Below, piece after piece: positions 1 to 8,816 of a stretch of 64,000 nucleotides of DNA. Source of the stretch: Rhizomicrobium sp. Its GTDB lineage: Bacteria > Pseudomonadota > Alphaproteobacteria > Micropepsales > Micropepsaceae. The translations under genes and the position numbers were made by a program. The notes below the pieces were generated by a model. It had not been told where the DNA came from and did no database searches. It saw nothing but the letters and a program-made list of their open reading frames with translations. The stretch spans positions 6,483 to 70,482 of the forward strand of contig DATJUM010000194.1 of assembly GCA_035502355.1 (NCBI GenBank). The letters are read 5' to 3'. Numbering within the stretch: position 1 is the stretch's first letter; the number at the start of each line of letters is the position of its first letter.

Positions 1-776
1 TTGGCCGGATCCGATTCGATCAGCGCGTCGATGTGCGGCAGCAAATGGCGAAGATCCTTGTGCGCGATGCACATCGTCACCAAGCGGAAGCGGGCGGCGG
101 TAAAGCCCGGCTCCAGTTCGAGGCAGCGCCGGAGCAGCGGCTCGGATTCGTTCCAGCGCCCGGCTTTTATGCTAACATCCGCAAGGAGCTTCAATGCACC
201 GGCGTCGGTTGGATGTGCCTGCAGCAAATCACGCAAAATCCTTTCCGCCGTCTCGTATTGCTGGCGGAGCAAAGCGGCCTCGGCTTCCTTTGTTTGGATA
301 TCGACATCATGCGAATCGCTGCTTACGCTCCGCGGAAAATCGAGCAGATCACCGAGCGCGTACCACGTATCCCGGTCGAGATAGTCGAGATCGATTGCCT
401 TCAGCAGGGCATGAATGGCATTGTCACGATGGTCGAGAAGCATCCAGGCACTGCCCAACTCGTACCACGCCGCGCGCATCTGAGGTTGTGAGTCCGTCAG
501 CGGCTTCAGAACTGCCGTCGCATCGGTGTAGCGTCCCTGTCTTCGAAGCGCCGTCCCGAGCACGCAGGACGCATTCGGATCGGCGGGGTTGATCTTCAGC
601 AGGTTTCTCGCCTGCTTGGCGACAGTTTCCGGATTTCCGTTCAGAAGCCGGCGCGCTGCTTCGGTGGAAAGAAATGGAGTGCCAGCCTGCGCATCGGCCG
701 TTGCACCTGTTATTTTGAAAGATACTGGGTTCGACCAGACCGGGCCGACGTTCCAGCGAAACTGATTATCGCTCAA
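1..776 (-). CDS. TPR-repeat protein, N-terminal part (gene runs off the left edge)
   Basis: Not in the ORF track because no stop lies in the window. The reverse-strand frame from TTG 774-776 (AGGAAAGGA 5 nt upstream) is stop-free to nt 3. It reads ...ARNLLKINPADPNASCVLGTALRRQGRYTDATAVLKPL...AWYELGSAWMLLDHRDNAIHALLKAIDLDY..., TPR-like helical repeats resembling the N-terminus of the next gene. Confidence 0.55.
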   Translation of the reverse strand, partial: MSDNQFRWNVGPVWSNPVSFKITGATADAQAGTPFLSTEAARRLLNGNPETVAKQARNLLKINPADPNASCVLGTALRRQGRYTDATAVLKPLTDSQPQMRAAWYELGSAWMLLDHRDNAIHALLKAIDLDYLDRDTWYALGDLLDFPRSVSSDSHDVDIQTKEAEAALLRQQYETAERILRDLLQAHPTDAGALKLLADVSIKAGRWNESEPLLRRCLELEPGFTAARFRLVTMCIAHKDLRHLLPHIDALIESDPA

Positions 777-845
777 AATATCCTTTCCTCACTTCTCCGC
801 AGTCATACTGCAAATTCCCGGTCCCGGTCGGGAATTGTTCTGCCT

Positions 846-2579
846 CTACTCGCAATCTGGCGCAAGCGGATACCGGTCCAGAACGACCCCAAGGCCTGCT
901 TTGAGCGGATCGAGCCAGGGCTCATAGGGCATCCATTGGCCGACAGCGTTTGTGTAGAGCGGCGTGCGGACCTGGGCCGTGCTGATCGTTCCGACTGCGC
1001 GCCGGCTCTCGTGAAAGCGCAGGCATTGCTCTTCGAGAGGCAGCCCCAGATAGTCGCACAGGCGGCGCAATTCGTTTTCCGGGTCGGCCACAAGCTCTTC
1101 GTATATGATCCGATGAACCCGGCCGGGGAGAACCTTGTCGAAATGGCCCATGAGGCGCACGTAGTCTGCATAGACGCTCCCAATATCGGCAAGCCGGGTG
1201 GAGAACGGTTGTCCGCCCGGAAAATGACTTCTGAAGATCGACCATCCGCAATCGAGCGGGTGCCGGCGCACATCCACGATTTTCGCGTTCGGAAGAATGA
1301 GATGGATCAGTCCGGTATAGCCGAAATTCCGCAATCCTTTGTCGGTGAAGAAGGGGCGTGTGCTGCGCCGCAACCTGCGCGTCTCCGCCAGATAATCTTC
1401 ACCCAGCGCATGAAAATCGCGCGGGCCGAATTGTTGCAATGCGTGGGGCAAGGTGTCGATCAATCCCTTCCGGAATTCGAACCAGCCGCCGATCCAGAAC
1501 TCGTGCGCCGGACGTCCGTCGGCGCGCGCCAGTCTCTGGCCAACAATCGTGTCCAGTTCGGCCAATTCACCCAGTCCCTCGATTGTGCTGTGACTAGATA
1601 GAATCTGTTCGACGAGGGTCGATCCGGAACGCGGCATTCCTACGATGAAGATCGGCCCGGCCGAAGGCGATCCCCATTCGCTCCGTGTACGGAGAAATTC
1701 GGCCGTAAATAGAGTCTCACAATTTCGCCTATGGGCGGCGAGCCGTTCGGGTTCGAACTGAACATTTGCGCGCTGGAGGGCATTCGCCTTGGAATAGTTC
1801 TCGAATGCCTTCGCGTGATGTTTTTCGTCGTTATGGGCGTTGCCCAACGCAAAATGCAGATCGGCGCGCTCGGCCGCTGCGATGCCGGGTTGTAGGAGCA
1901 ATGTCTCCATGGCCGCTATTTCGGCCGCGGTGAAACGGGCGGTCTTGAGATCGGCAAGATGCGTGTAGGCGGCGGCGCATGCAGGCGCGAGCTCAAGTGC
2001 CCTTCGGTACGCTGCAATACATGGCCCGGTCTGCCCTACGCTTCTCAGCACATGCCCGAGCTGTAACCACATTTCGGGCAGATGCGGGTAGTCCTCCGCC
2101 AGGCCGTGTCTGAGCGCCAGCGCTTCGTCCTGGCGGCCCATCTGCCACAGCAGAGCGGCTTTCTGTTCGCGAAGCAGCGGGTTGCCGGGCTCGCGGAGCA
2201 GAACCGTATCGAGCTCTGCGAGGGCTGCTTCAAAGCGCTCGGTCCGGCGAAGGAGAACGGCGTAGTTGAAGCGGTAACCGGCATGGGAAGGGGCCGCGGC
2301 CACGCAGCGCGCCATCAGCCGTTCGGCCTCCTCGAAGCGCTTTTTCCGCCTCGCGATATCGGCCATCAGGTTGAGTGCATCGGGATTGTCCGGCTTCTTG
2401 TCGAGAACGCGGGCCACAAGCGGCTCGGCGATGTCGATGCGCTCATTGGCCAGCGCATCGGCGGCCTGAGCCAAAATCCGGTTGCGGAGGGGCGAAAACA
2501 GCCTGCCGCGGGCCGCTTCAACAGGATCTGGTGCCGGAACAGTGCCCGGCCGGAGGGGGCCTGGCGCCTTGGCGCGCAT
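846..2579 (-). CDS. TPR-repeat / sulfotransferase-domain protein
   Basis: ORF 846..2978 trimmed to the ATG at 2577-2579 (MRAKAPG...); the upstream 133 aa are Arg/Ala-rich filler. N-terminal TPR repeats are followed by the sulfotransferase PAPS-binding motif IFIVGMPRSGSTLVEQILSSH and a C-terminal sulfotransferase core. Confidence 0.8.
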   Translation of the reverse strand: MRAKAPGPLRPGTVPAPDPVEAARGRLFSPLRNRILAQAADALANERIDIAEPLVARVLDKKPDNPDALNLMADIARRKKRFEEAERLMARCVAAAPSHAGYRFNYAVLLRRTERFEAALAELDTVLLREPGNPLLREQKAALLWQMGRQDEALALRHGLAEDYPHLPEMWLQLGHVLRSVGQTGPCIAAYRRALELAPACAAAYTHLADLKTARFTAAEIAAMETLLLQPGIAAAERADLHFALGNAHNDEKHHAKAFENYSKANALQRANVQFEPERLAAHRRNCETLFTAEFLRTRSEWGSPSAGPIFIVGMPRSGSTLVEQILSSHSTIEGLGELAELDTIVGQRLARADGRPAHEFWIGGWFEFRKGLIDTLPHALQQFGPRDFHALGEDYLAETRRLRRSTRPFFTDKGLRNFGYTGLIHLILPNAKIVDVRRHPLDCGWSIFRSHFPGGQPFSTRLADIGSVYADYVRLMGHFDKVLPGRVHRIIYEELVADPENELRRLCDYLGLPLEEQCLRFHESRRAVGTISTAQVRTPLYTNAVGQWMPYEPWLDPLKAGLGVVLDRYPLAPDCE

Positions 2580-2772
2580 CAGCAGGCACCGATCCTGGTC
2601 AAATTGACGGGAAACATGCGCGGCGAAACTAGGAATGGCGGCGGCCCGATGCAACCCGGGCTTCTTGCCGCGCCGGACGTTCCGGACCGGCGCGGCGCTA
2701 TACTTTGAAGGCCGATCCGTTAAATTCGCGCCGCTGACGCATCCTGTCGGCCGAAATTTTCGGAGAACACGA

Positions 2773-3069
2773 ATGAAAAAGATCCTGGTCGCACCAGCCG
2801 CGATCACCCTTGGCATTGTCGGTTTCACGGCAGGCTGGCAGGCAAGCGCCCAGCCCAAGCCACCTCCCGGCATGATGCAGGTGCGCCAGCCCGAGGGAAC
2901 GTTTGGCTTCTTTCCGGCCAACCAGCCTGCCAACAGCAACAGGGTTGGCATCTTTGTGGCGCGCCGCTTGCCGGGCAAGCAGCCGGAACTCTATTATTGT
3001 TCGACACCCACCGACGCCACGTCCAAGGATGCGGCGGCCTGCAAGCAGATCAACGCTTTTCCGCACTGA
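2773..3069 (+). CDS. small secreted hypothetical protein
   Basis: In-frame ATG at 2773. The N-terminus MKKILVAPAAITLGIVGFTAGWQASA is a Sec signal peptide. 98 aa with two Cys near the C-terminus. No family recognised. Confidence 0.55.
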   Translation: MKKILVAPAAITLGIVGFTAGWQASAQPKPPPGMMQVRQPEGTFGFFPANQPANSNRVGIFVARRLPGKQPELYYCSTPTDATSKDAAACKQINAFPH

Positions 3070-3080
3070 CTGTGCCTTGC

Positions 3081-3105
3081 GACCCCGGCCTATGCGGCTG
3101 GGGTC
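3081..3105. terminator. hairpin between convergent genes (candidate bidirectional terminator)
   Basis: GACCCCGGCC-tatgc-GGCTGGGGTC forms a 10-bp stem with one G-U pair. It sits 12 nt after the stop at 3069 and 16 nt after the GST stop at 3121, followed by a T-rich tail (tctttg). Confidence 0.5.
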
Positions 3106-3120
3106 TGAGTCTTTGCCCGA

Positions 3121-3720
3121 TCAGCGCGCGGCGCCTTCCGCCATCATCTTGTGGAAGGCCGGACGGTCGGTGATGCGGGCCGTATAGGCCCGGAGCACGG
3201 GCGTCTCAGTGATCAGTTTGGCCATCAGCATGAAATTAATCCCGCCGCCGAGCAGAATGTCCACAGCCGAGAACGCGTTGCCCAGGAAATAGTGGCGCAC
3301 GGCGAGGTGCGCGTTCAGCACTTCCTCGACTTCCGCGGCCGGTGCCCATCCCATCGCGCCGAAAACATGCTTGATCTCGAAGCGGCGGCAGATGAGGGCC
3401 GGCTCCATTACGCCCGGCCGGTAGGCGAGCCAGGAGAGATATTCGCCGCGTTTGGGCTCGCCCACGGCTGGCCCCAGTTTCTTTTCGCGATATTTGTCGG
3501 TCAGATAGAGCGCGATGGCGCTCGACTCGAAAATCAGTTCATCGCCATCCGTCAGCGCCGGCACCTTGCCGTGCGGATGCGGATTGGCCGGATCGCGTTC
3601 GCCAGTTCCGTCCATTTTGCGAAAGCCGACGATCCTCGATTCGTAAGGCACACCCAGTTCCTCGAGCAGCCATACAATGCTCGACGAACGCGTCATGGGG
3701 AAGTGATAGAGCGTGATCAT
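3121..3720 (-). CDS. glutathione S-transferase
   Basis: 199 aa with a GAGGAGG SD upstream. N-terminal thioredoxin-like GST fold (MITLYHFPMTRSSSIVWLLEELGVPY...GKVPALTDGDELIFESSAIALYL). Confidence 0.85.
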   Translation of the reverse strand: MITLYHFPMTRSSSIVWLLEELGVPYESRIVGFRKMDGTGERDPANPHPHGKVPALTDGDELIFESSAIALYLTDKYREKKLGPAVGEPKRGEYLSWLAYRPGVMEPALICRRFEIKHVFGAMGWAPAAEVEEVLNAHLAVRHYFLGNAFSAVDILLGGGINFMLMAKLITETPVLRAYTARITDRPAFHKMMAEGAAR

Positions 3721-3816
3721 GGAGCCTCCTCAGGGAAAGTGCGTTCCTCGCCCGCAGTGGGCGCAGAGTAGAAAATCCGATACACGATTTTTGTGACACT
3801 CTGCCACCCGCGTATT

Positions 3817-4662
3817 TCAATAAAACCGGATCCCCGGTCGCAGCACGATCTGGAATATGGCCAGAACAATCAGAAGCGCGAGCAATGGTGTTGAGAACGA
3901 AGGGCTTGTGCGGTCTGTTTGCGTCGCGGATGGTGCGAACCAGGCACCGCATTGAACCCATAGCATTCCGGATATCATCACGATCAGCGGAAGCAGGAGC
4001 ACTTCGGTCAGATTCCGCGGTTCGCGAAATGGAATGAGCAACAGGACGGAAACGAGCGACGGCAGCATGGCGCTCCGGAATACAAACCCTGCGCGCGCCG
4101 TTCCCGTCGCCGTTTCGGCGGATATGGCCATGAGGCGGATGAATTGCCGGACGAGCCGGAATCCGATGACGGCCATGACCACGAAGGCGATCAGCGCTGC
4201 TGCCCATCTTTCGCCTGCCGAGAGCCGAAGATATGCCATCGCCATGCCGACATCGTTGCCGGGATTCATCGCGCCGATCACGAATTGGGGCAGGGCAAGA
4301 TAAAATCCCTGATAGGCCATCCAGAACAGGAACAGCCGCAGCGTGACCGGGCGATCCGCCGAATGCGACAGCAATCCCGTGAAGATCAACCCGATTGCGA
4401 GGTCGGCCAACGCGCCGGTTCCCTGAAGAAGGCCCGCAACGGGATTGTCCCCCGTCCAGGTATGATTGTTATGAAACAGTGTCGGGTAAAGGCCGGGCGT
4501 CAGTGCCTTCGGAATGACGAGAAAGAATTCCTGCACGAAAAAGGTGAGGTTGAACGCGAGCGTGCAGGTCAGCGCGGAACTTGCGCTCAATCGCCAGTCC
4601 CACGAACACCCCTGTGGCCAAGCGATCCCCGTCTTTCGAGTGTCGAGCCAAAGCATTTCCAT
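3817..4662 (-). CDS. polytopic membrane protein, unknown function
   Basis: 281 aa with about 8 hydrophobic segments. Its start ATG (4660-4662) shares one base with the TGA (4662-4664) of the upstream ICMT-like gene (TGATG). Confidence 0.6.
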   Translation of the reverse strand: MEMLWLDTRKTGIAWPQGCSWDWRLSASSALTCTLAFNLTFFVQEFFLVIPKALTPGLYPTLFHNNHTWTGDNPVAGLLQGTGALADLAIGLIFTGLLSHSADRPVTLRLFLFWMAYQGFYLALPQFVIGAMNPGNDVGMAMAYLRLSAGERWAAALIAFVVMAVIGFRLVRQFIRLMAISAETATGTARAGFVFRSAMLPSLVSVLLLIPFREPRNLTEVLLLPLIVMISGMLWVQCGAWFAPSATQTDRTSPSFSTPLLALLIVLAIFQIVLRPGIRFY

Positions 4663-5501
4663 CAGACGCCGTGATCTCGGACGGTGCCGGCTCGCTTCCC
4701 GGTGACGGAATGCAGGCCAATCGCCACGGCGAAGCTCAGCGCGAATCCGCAGAGCAGCAGTGTCTGGTTGAGTGTCAGCGCGAAGACAACAAGAGTGATG
4801 CCGATCAGCCAGAGCAGCAACTCGCCAAGGATCGCCTGGCCCCAGCTGGGCGTGCGACCGCTTGCGGGGCAGCGGGCGCGCAGGCTCGGCCAGAAGCGCG
4901 GGACCTTGTTCGCATAGGCAATGTAAGCCTGCCCAAGGGTCCGGCGGAGAATTGCTTCTTCACGAAAAATGAGCCGGTACACGAAGACAAACATCGCCGC
5001 GCACAGGAATACGAGGCCGGTAGGGTTTGAGAAAATGCCGACGCCAAGGGCGAGCGGAAGGTCTGCAAAGTAAAGCGGATTGCGCGTGTGGCGATAAGGC
5101 CCGTCCACGGCCAGCATATCGCTGTGGAGAGTTCTGTCCTTCATCACATCCGCGCCGAGATAGGCCGTGGCCCAGGTGCGGAAAAGCGCGGCAAGAAATA
5201 CCAGCACCGCGCCGGCAAACAGGATCCCCTGCTGGATGGCCACGCCGCGCGGCGATCCGGTAGGCACAGTTGACGAAATCGTTCTGAGGATCAGTTCCGC
5301 AACGCCGCGATGATCGATGGCGTGCAGCGTGAACGCCAGCCCGAAAATCGTGGTGATAATCCAGAACCGCCATTCGAATTCGAATTTGGTCGCCGCCACC
5401 GCATTTCCCCCGGCATCACTGCCGCACAAGTCAGCGCCTTCAATAGATTTTCCTGCGAGCCCACTGGAGCGTAAGTACGGCATAGGGCACGAAATCGCCA
5501 C
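4662..5501 (-). CDS. isoprenylcysteine carboxyl methyltransferase (ICMT)/phospholipid methyltransferase-like membrane protein
   Basis: The core VDGPYRHTRNPLYFADLPLALGVGIF...REEAILRRTLGQAY is typical of the ICMT/PEMT family. Extra TM helices lie at the C-terminus. The start is uncertain: ATG 5501 or in-frame GTG 5399. Confidence 0.6.
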   Translation of the reverse strand: MAISCPMPYLRSSGLAGKSIEGADLCGSDAGGNAVAATKFEFEWRFWIITTIFGLAFTLHAIDHRGVAELILRTISSTVPTGSPRGVAIQQGILFAGAVLVFLAALFRTWATAYLGADVMKDRTLHSDMLAVDGPYRHTRNPLYFADLPLALGVGIFSNPTGLVFLCAAMFVFVYRLIFREEAILRRTLGQAYIAYANKVPRFWPSLRARCPASGRTPSWGQAILGELLLWLIGITLVVFALTLNQTLLLCGFALSFAVAIGLHSVTGKRAGTVRDHGV

Positions 5502-5622
5502 TGCCTTGTGCGAAACTGTGCAGCACGCGCTCGGACCAGCTGTTGAAATACGACCCCGCGTCAGATGTCACGCCTTCATCGGTCGTGCCGTAAAGATGGC
5601 CCATCGTTGAAATATGCTTCAA
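5440..5622 (-). pseudogene. isolated single GloVer-type repeat unit (relic fragment)
   Basis: Translation GHLYGTTDEGVTSDAGSYFNSWSERVLHSFAQGSGDFVPYAVL matches the unit LYGTT..GG...G.VF.L.....VLHSF.G..DG..P seen in the genes at 8.8-11.8 kb. There is no signal peptide and a stop lies immediately upstream. Confidence 0.35.
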
Positions 5623-5702
5623 CGATATCGGTCCTGATCACGATCATGACGCATTCTGGCATGATTTCCAGATTTTGGAAAGTACTTTTCCATATTCTGG
5701 AA
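5603..5702. promoter_or_regulatory. AT-rich divergent spacer with two inverted repeats (candidate operator/promoter region)
   Basis: Perfect ATCGTTGAA-N6-TTCAACGAT at 5603-5626. Imperfect TTCCAGATTTTGGAAAG-ta-CTTTTCCATATTCTGGAA at 5666-5702. ATTCTGG(C/A)ATG recurs at about 5653 and 5694. Confidence 0.3.
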
Positions 5703-5889
5703 TGTCCCGGCGCATGCTTGCTTGGCGGAAACGGGCCCGGGATTTTCCACGGATTTCGCGGCGCGGCTCGACCGCTTGATCGCGGCGCAAACAGGGAAGT
5801 CCGCGGACGAAGCAGCCCGCGTCCGCGCCCAACTCTGGCGCCGCAGGATGGTTCATTGTAAACACAATTGTTTTTGCAGGGAGGAAACC

Positions 5890-6306
5890 GTGTCGGCAGA
5901 AAACGTGGCTGTCGTGAAGGGCATCTATGACGCCTTTGCCAGGGGCGATGTCGCGAGCGTGCTGGGCAGAATGAGTTCCGACATTGTCTGGATGGAGGCT
6001 GAGAATTTTCCTTATGCCGACGGCAATCCCTATTGCAGCCCCGGGACCGTCGCGGCCGGCGTGTTCGCGCGCTGCGTCGGCGAATGGAACGGGTTTGGCG
6101 TCGAAATGAGCGACCTGATTGACGGCGGCGACCGCGTCGTGGCGCTCGGCCGCTATAGCGGTCGTCACAAGCAAACCGGCCAACGCATGAACCCGCAGGC
6201 TGTGCACGTCTGGACGCTGAAAGACGGCAAAGTCACCGCTTTCCAGCAATACATCGATACACTCGCCGTTGCCCGCGCGTACGGGTCATTGCCAGAGGCA
6301 TCATAG
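5890..6306 (+). CDS. SnoaL-like / NTF2-fold protein
   Basis: GTG 5890 lies after GGGAGGAAACC. The sequence VVKGIYDAFARGDVASVLGRMSSDIVW...VHVWTLKDGKVTAFQQYIDT is typical of the ketosteroid-isomerase/SnoaL-like family. Confidence 0.7.
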   Translation: MSAENVAVVKGIYDAFARGDVASVLGRMSSDIVWMEAENFPYADGNPYCSPGTVAAGVFARCVGEWNGFGVEMSDLIDGGDRVVALGRYSGRHKQTGQRMNPQAVHVWTLKDGKVTAFQQYIDTLAVARAYGSLPEAS

Positions 6307-6313
6307 GTGTCCC

Positions 6314-7261
6314 GTGAGAATATCTGCGCTTCTCTTCGGTCTCGTCTGCGTCGCGATAATTGCGCCGCCGGCCTCGGCCTGCCCAATCATCGATGCAACG
6401 GGCGCCTTCTGGCCGTTGGCGGCGCGGGCCGCGACCCTGACGCCGGCTGCGCAGTCCGCGGCGTTTCGCCGCGAGGTCGTGGCCAAATTTCCCGATCTTT
6501 ACACCGGCGATGTGCTCGGTTCGGGAAACGTCCAGGCGCTCGACAGGTTAGCAGTGAGCTGGCTTTCGAACAGCCGAAAGAACGGATTGAAGGGCCGCAG
6601 CGTCGAACGCGATCTGGTATCCGACCTTCCGGTCGTCCTCACTCGCTTCCAGAAGACCTTTCCCGATTTTCGCTGCGACTTTCCGATCTATTTGATGGCC
6701 TCGCTGGGCAGCATGGATGGCGCCGGCCGCATGGTGGCCGGCCACCCGGCGCTGGTTCTGGGAATCGATGTAATGGCAGCAGTCGACACAGAGCAGAATC
6801 TTCCCGTCATCATCTCCCATGAACTTTTCCATCGCTACAATTACCAGGCGGCCGGCTTCAGCGACGACCCCGGTGATCGACAGGCCATCTGGCGGACTTT
6901 GTGGGCGGAGGGGCTTGCGACCTATATGAGCGGCCAGTTGAATCCGCGGGCCTCGCTTGGTGAGGTGCTGGACTCGACTGATCTGGCGAACCGGGCGCCG
7001 CCGCTGATCAAGCGGCTCGCAGCGGCGCTACGCGACAACGACGCGCCCGACCCGCCGCTTTATGCGGAATATTTCGAGAGCGGCAGCGCCGAAGCCCGGG
7101 CCGAGGGCATCCCCCAGCGCTCAGGTTATTACGTGGGCTACCGCGTCATCCAGCTGTTTGCGAAGCGCTACAGCCTCTATCAGCTCGCACATCTGAAGGG
7201 CCCCTCCCTGCATCGCGAGATCAATGAAGCGCTCGACGAACTTGCAGGGAAGGGCGGGTGA
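6314..7261 (+). CDS. secreted HExxH protein (putative Zn-metallopeptidase-like)
   Basis: In-frame GTG 6314 gives the signal peptide VRISALLFGLVCVAIIAPPASA. An HExxH motif is present in IISHELFHRYNY. Family assignment is tentative. Confidence 0.55.
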   Translation: MRISALLFGLVCVAIIAPPASACPIIDATGAFWPLAARAATLTPAAQSAAFRREVVAKFPDLYTGDVLGSGNVQALDRLAVSWLSNSRKNGLKGRSVERDLVSDLPVVLTRFQKTFPDFRCDFPIYLMASLGSMDGAGRMVAGHPALVLGIDVMAAVDTEQNLPVIISHELFHRYNYQAAGFSDDPGDRQAIWRTLWAEGLATYMSGQLNPRASLGEVLDSTDLANRAPPLIKRLAAALRDNDAPDPPLYAEYFESGSAEARAEGIPQRSGYYVGYRVIQLFAKRYSLYQLAHLKGPSLHREINEALDELAGKGG

Positions 7262-7282
7262 ATTGGCGTTTTGCGCGCCCGT

Positions 7283-7299
7283 CGCCGGATCATCCGGCG
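7283..7299. terminator. palindromic hairpin between convergent genes
   Basis: CGCCGGAT-c-ATCCGGCG, effectively a 6-bp stem with a 5-nt loop. It lies between the stops at 7261 (+) and 7302 (-). Confidence 0.35.
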
Positions 7300-7301
7300 G
7301 T

Positions 7302-8297
7302 TCACTTTCCGCGCAGAAATCCGTGATACACGCCACTCGTGTCCGAGAAGTAGCCCGCGACCGCCGCGTGCCCGGCAATGCTTTCCGGCCTGGTGTAGTC
7401 GGAGTTCGGCGGATCGAAGGTGCTGATTGTTCCGTTTGGCGCGCGCTCGAATCCGTGATAGCCGCCGCCGAATATCACGTAGTAGCCGGCGACCGCGCCC
7501 TTGGCGTCGATGCTGGTTGCAAAGGTGCCGCCGGTACCGCCCGACACGTCGAAACTCGTGATCGTGCCGTCGGCGGCACGCACGAAGCCGTGAAACTTGT
7601 CGCTCGAATCCGCATAATAGCCGGCGATCACGCCCTTATCGTTGATGCCGGTCGCCTCGGTATAAACCGAACCCGTGGGATCGAAGCTGGTGACGGTGCC
7701 GTCGGCTGCCCGTACGAAACCGTGATAGACTTCGCTGCTGCCGAGATAGTACCCGGTGATCGCGCCCGCCTTGTTGATGCCGAAAGGATAGGTTCCGATC
7801 GAGCCGGTGGGATCGAAGCCCGTGATCGTGCCGTCCTTGCTGCGCACAAAACCGTGCCAGACGTCGCTCGTATCCTCGAAGCTGCCGGTGACCGTTTCCT
7901 TGTCGTTTATGCCTGTCGCCTGCGTGGCGCCCGTGTCGTAGAACGTCGTTATCTTGCCGCCCGCCTCGCGCAGGAAACTCCGATAAACACCGGAGACTTG
8001 GAAATAGCCGGCAATCGCGCCCTTGTCGTTGATGCTGTCCGGCTGGGCATTGCTGCCGCCCGAAACATCGAAGCTCGTGATCGTGCCGTCGGTTGCGCGC
8101 ACGAAGCCATGGCTGCCCGCGCTGTCGAGATACCAGCCCGTGATCGCCCCCGGATCGTTGATGGCGTCGGCGTAAGTTCCGGTGGCCCCCGAGACATCGA
8201 ATACGGTGATAGTGGCGGCGGCCATGGCCGGAGCGGCCGCGGAAACGGCGAGCGCCGCGGCCAGTACGGCCAGACCGGAAACGCGCATGTCGTACAT
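7302..8297 (-). CDS. secreted tandem-repeat protein, HAF-like extracellular repeat family
   Basis: Signal peptide MYDMRVSGLAVLAAALAVSAAAPAMA, then 7-8 units of about 38-40 aa: (G)INDKGxIAGYY....HGFVRxxDGTITSFDxxG. GGAGG SD upstream. Confidence 0.75.
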   Translation of the reverse strand: MYDMRVSGLAVLAAALAVSAAAPAMAAATITVFDVSGATGTYADAINDPGAITGWYLDSAGSHGFVRATDGTITSFDVSGGSNAQPDSINDKGAIAGYFQVSGVYRSFLREAGGKITTFYDTGATQATGINDKETVTGSFEDTSDVWHGFVRSKDGTITGFDPTGSIGTYPFGINKAGAITGYYLGSSEVYHGFVRAADGTVTSFDPTGSVYTEATGINDKGVIAGYYADSSDKFHGFVRAADGTITSFDVSGGTGGTFATSIDAKGAVAGYYVIFGGGYHGFERAPNGTISTFDPPNSDYTRPESIAGHAAVAGYFSDTSGVYHGFLRGK

Positions 8298-8816
8298 CGT
8301 GAGTTGTTCCTCCTGAGGTTCGCATCTGCCGGTCGCATTACGCGTGACCGGGCATGCTTCGCCAAGCTGTCAGAGATGCCATTGAAACGCAAAGCGTCCG
8401 ACCCGTCATCCGCATTCCCGTCCCATTTTCGATACGAGCGGTATGGAGGCACCGGGCTGCTCGAACGCCCTTGCCGACGGGGTTTCCGATCTTCGCGTGA
8501 TTGACCGTCACGGCTTTGTCGATCATGACCTCGAGTGCATTTCCGGCCGGCCAGGATCCCCGACGGGCGGCCGGGCGTCGGCTGAAGCGGTGCGTAACGA
8601 CCAAACTGATTGACAATCACCAGAGTCTTGTACGCCCCGCCTTTCCCAGAATTCTCCAGGAACATCAATGGCTTGAGATTCTCTTGAGAACCGTTGAGAG
8701 TCTTTTCATTTGAGCGCGGAGGCGGTTCGTTCAAGGGTCTGTTTCGGCGCACGGGCTCAATGGGGTGGGCACCGGTCAAATGCCCGACGAGAATCGACCA
8801 ACCGGAGAGACTGCTC

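Noticed and set aside
7224-8504. 426-aa ORF on the + strand across the HAF-like gene
   Set aside because: It mirrors the minus-strand repeat gene. Its composition is Arg/Ala/Gly-rich with no motifs, as expected for antisense frames in GC-rich DNA.
8298-8816. Possible decayed gene in the 520-nt divergent spacer between the HAF-like and GloVer genes
   Set aside because: Minus-strand fragments such as MFLENSGKGGAYKTLVIVNQFGRY and GNALEVMIDKAVTVNHAKIGNP look vaguely protein-like. They lie in different frames with weak codon bias, and I could not tie them to any family.
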